A DNA stretch of 58,438 nucleotides, counting the filler, from Piptocephalis cylindrospora (taxonomy: Eukaryota): assembly GCA_003614145.1 (NCBI GenBank). It is 6 parts of 6 records of this genome, joined end to end, with 100 filler letters (N's around TTAATTAATTAA, not from the genome) between each part and the next. Parts side by side here need not be neighbours in the genome. Positions count along the whole stretch, not along the records: positions 48,867 to 58,438 come from KZ988077.1; 5 more parts are not named here. The stretch is one strand, 5' to 3'. How positions within the stretch are numbered: the first letter of the stretch is position 1; each line of letters starts with the position of its first letter. The notes under the pieces are model-generated. The model was not told where the DNA came from. It did not search any database and was given only the letters and a program-made list of their open reading frames with translations. The translations under genes were made by a program, and so were the position numbers. Positions 56,160 through 58,438 of this stretch are shown in pieces.

Positions 56160-57156
56160 ATGATACTTCTTTCCTTCCTCATGATACTTCTTTCTTCCCT
56201 CGCACTTTTACTGTCCACATTATTATGTTTAGTGAGCACCTATATATTATCCTTGGCTGGTAGCTCAAATGGACCCAAAGCTCCTCTCCAACCAGGATGG
56301 TGCCCAAGACCATCTTCGAGCCTTGACCAGTCCAGGCAATGTATATGCGTCTTTTGCATAGCGGGTTCAGGAAATCCGCGGAATGACTTTACCTATATAG
56401 ACCTTCCAGAGGTGCAGAAGTGGTGATGAGAGAATTAGTCAAGTTGGTACATGCTAATCCAGTCCATCTCATAGGAGATCCAACCCTCAGAACCCGTAGT
56501 CTCTTTCCAGGACCGTGAGCCTCTGGCCAGCCTCCACTATCAAATCGTCCCTAAGCGACATATTGGTAGGATGTATTTGGGCATCTTGGATCTATTATTC
56601 TCTTCTCTCACACCATCCCTCATCCAGAATCAATACTGTATTTACAGCCCAATCTCCAGGATATCCATCTTGGTAAGAACTCAGAGAGAGATTATCTATT
56701 TCTATCTATAAAGCAAATTGAAGCGCCGTTCCTCACTTGCCCTTACTATTTCTCTACATCACGTAGTCAAATCCATGATGCGCATCTGTGAAGCCATCCT
56801 AGCTCATTTGGGGACCTCGGAGGATTTACAAAGGCAAGTGCATCTATGTCCTCTCGCTTCTTTTAATACTCGTCAAAGGCTCCCTATCTTGATCAACCAT
56901 CTCACCGTTTCCAGCTCGCTGATCCCAATCATCCAGGATGGGATTTCATATCCCTCCACATACCACAATCCCTCATCTCCACCTTCATTGCATTTCACTT
57001 CCCTTGAGGACACTGGTGCCTGAACCACTCAATGATATGCTACAACACCATCACTTTACCCGGTCCCACCAGAATTGGTTTGCCCCAGCCACAGATGTCC
57101 TATGGCGTCTAGAGACAGGCCGGCCTGGATGGTACACGAGGTTGGATAGCATGTAA
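56160..57156 (+). CDS. HIT-family nucleotide hydrolase, HINT3-like (multi-exon; start uncertain)
   Basis: Spliced exons give CVFC, FQDREPLASLHYQIVPKRHI and RMGFHIPPHTTIPHLHLHC (HxHxH). The last intron, 56834-56936, is GC-AG. Confidence 0.8.
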
Positions 57157-58438
57157 GATTCAGTCTCTGGGATTTGGAATGAGAAGCGATTGGTAGAAAT
57201 TGCCATAGCGCCCAGACGGTTTTGTTATGCAATATATGACATGATGTTGCTTTTAGACAATACTTAATTCTGTGGCGAATGGTGTGCTACAACGTTCTTG
57301 AATATATCAGATGAAAGCCTCTAGCAATATAAAGGATGATTGTCAACTTGTCAAAGTAAATGACGGCATCAAATGACAGCTTGCGGTACTCTTTAACATT
57401 TCAAAGATATGGTATCGACTTTACTTACATTCAGGGTATCTACTAGAAAACAGTCCGTAGTTTGCAAACATATATAAATCGCTTTTATGATTGATTGATA
57501 AACCCTTTATATTTTCCCTTAGTGGGGTAGACTGTTAGGCATCCGAACACATAGTCCTATATAAATCGCTTTTATACGCACCCATGCACCCCTAAGGAAC
57601 GTGCCATTTCATCATCAGTATTATGTTTATCATGAAATAGGGCGGTGACGCGTTCGGATTCTTCCATACCTACCCTATCGGGGAAAAAGTGTTTTATCAT
57701 CATCATCATCATCAGTATGTTTTTCACTCCCTATTCCTTGACCATTATTGATGATAAAATATTGATTATTATTCCTTATATTTGCCTTTTTTTCTTCGGT
57801 CAGCTAAATTTCACGATCTTTTATTCCAGATCGATGTCCAGCTTCTACTTTTAAACTTAAACTCTTCTGGATCATTAGGTTTACCCTTTTAAGTGGCATT
57901 GGAATGCTTGATCTCATCTTCTTGATTCCCCTAACGCTTATTTCATTTTGTGTTTGGCGCCTTTGATCGTTTCTGATAAGCGCATTTTATTCCCCCGGTA
58001 GAGTAGGTATGGGGACATCCGAACGTATCATTGGCCATAAGGCTGGCCTGCGTGGCACCAGGAGCGTTTTTGATCACTTCTACATTATATATATATTATA
58101 TTTCCACAAGGATATGCTATCCCTTTTTTTTTTTGGAAAAGAGCTTCTATGCTATACAAGACAAACAACTTGGCTTATTGTCCGTCGCAATGTAATATGT
58201 AGCATTTCGGATGCCCATCTGCCTACCCCAATGGGGAAAATAAAACGGTTTTATCATCAATGTAATATGTAGCATTTAATGCTTGGCGGTCTGTCATTGA
58301 ATGATGAATCGCTTCATTTCCTTCCAATGAGACAGACTGATAGATATCCAGGCACACTACCCGCCAAGCACATAGTATTATCCATATGACAACTTGAGTG
58401 ATTCAACCAAGTAAATCAAGGATCAGATAGAGACAAAA

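Noticed and set aside
57200..58438. AT-richer tail with short direct repeats (ATATAAATCGCTTTTA twice; CAATGTAATATGTAGCATTT twice)
   Set aside because: There is no coding signal, TIR or LTR structure, which is too little to support a call.

Overview
The window is six unrelated contigs (9708, 9699, 9694, 9666, 9599 and 9572 bp, sorted by decreasing length) joined by artificial 100-bp linkers (N44-TTAATTAATTAA-N44), so adjacency across linkers means nothing. Contig 1 (1-9708) is AT-rich fungal mitochondrial DNA. It carries rns, a probable 5' fragment of rnl and 14 tRNA genes (trnI-GAU is duplicated within a 360-bp tandem repeat). It also has dense, nested GC-rich double-hairpin elements and a 2283-nt reading frame (UGA=Trp) in which a complete nad1 runs with no stop codon into a double-motif LAGLIDADG endonuclease with a C-terminal NUMOD1-like HTH. 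The only tRNA-Trp visible has a CCA anticodon, although 6 of the 9 Trp codons in that frame are UGA. Contigs 2-6 are GC-rich, compact nuclear DNA with short spliceosomal introns. They appear to come from an early-diverging fungus; a Zoopagomycota/Piptocephalis-like organism is my guess and is unverified. Nuclear genes include an Env7/STK16 kinase, a GLTSCR1-domain protein, SER3, an S1 protease, NHA1, two secreted/GPI proteins (one frameshifted), a BTB protein head-to-head with a MEF2-type MADS factor, and ATP1. Also present are a Kex2-repeat poly-Glu precursor, a prion-like/glycine-zipper/MIR protein, CRM1, UPS2, the C-terminal half of an IP3-receptor-type Ca2+ channel, an MIT-like protein and a HINT3-like gene with a GC-AG intron. 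The best candidates for new biology are the nad1-endonuclease fusion with an apparently foreign nad1 3' end, UGA decoding by tRNA-Trp(CCA), the nested hairpin elements, the Kex2-repeat acidic peptide precursor and the MIR protein architecture.
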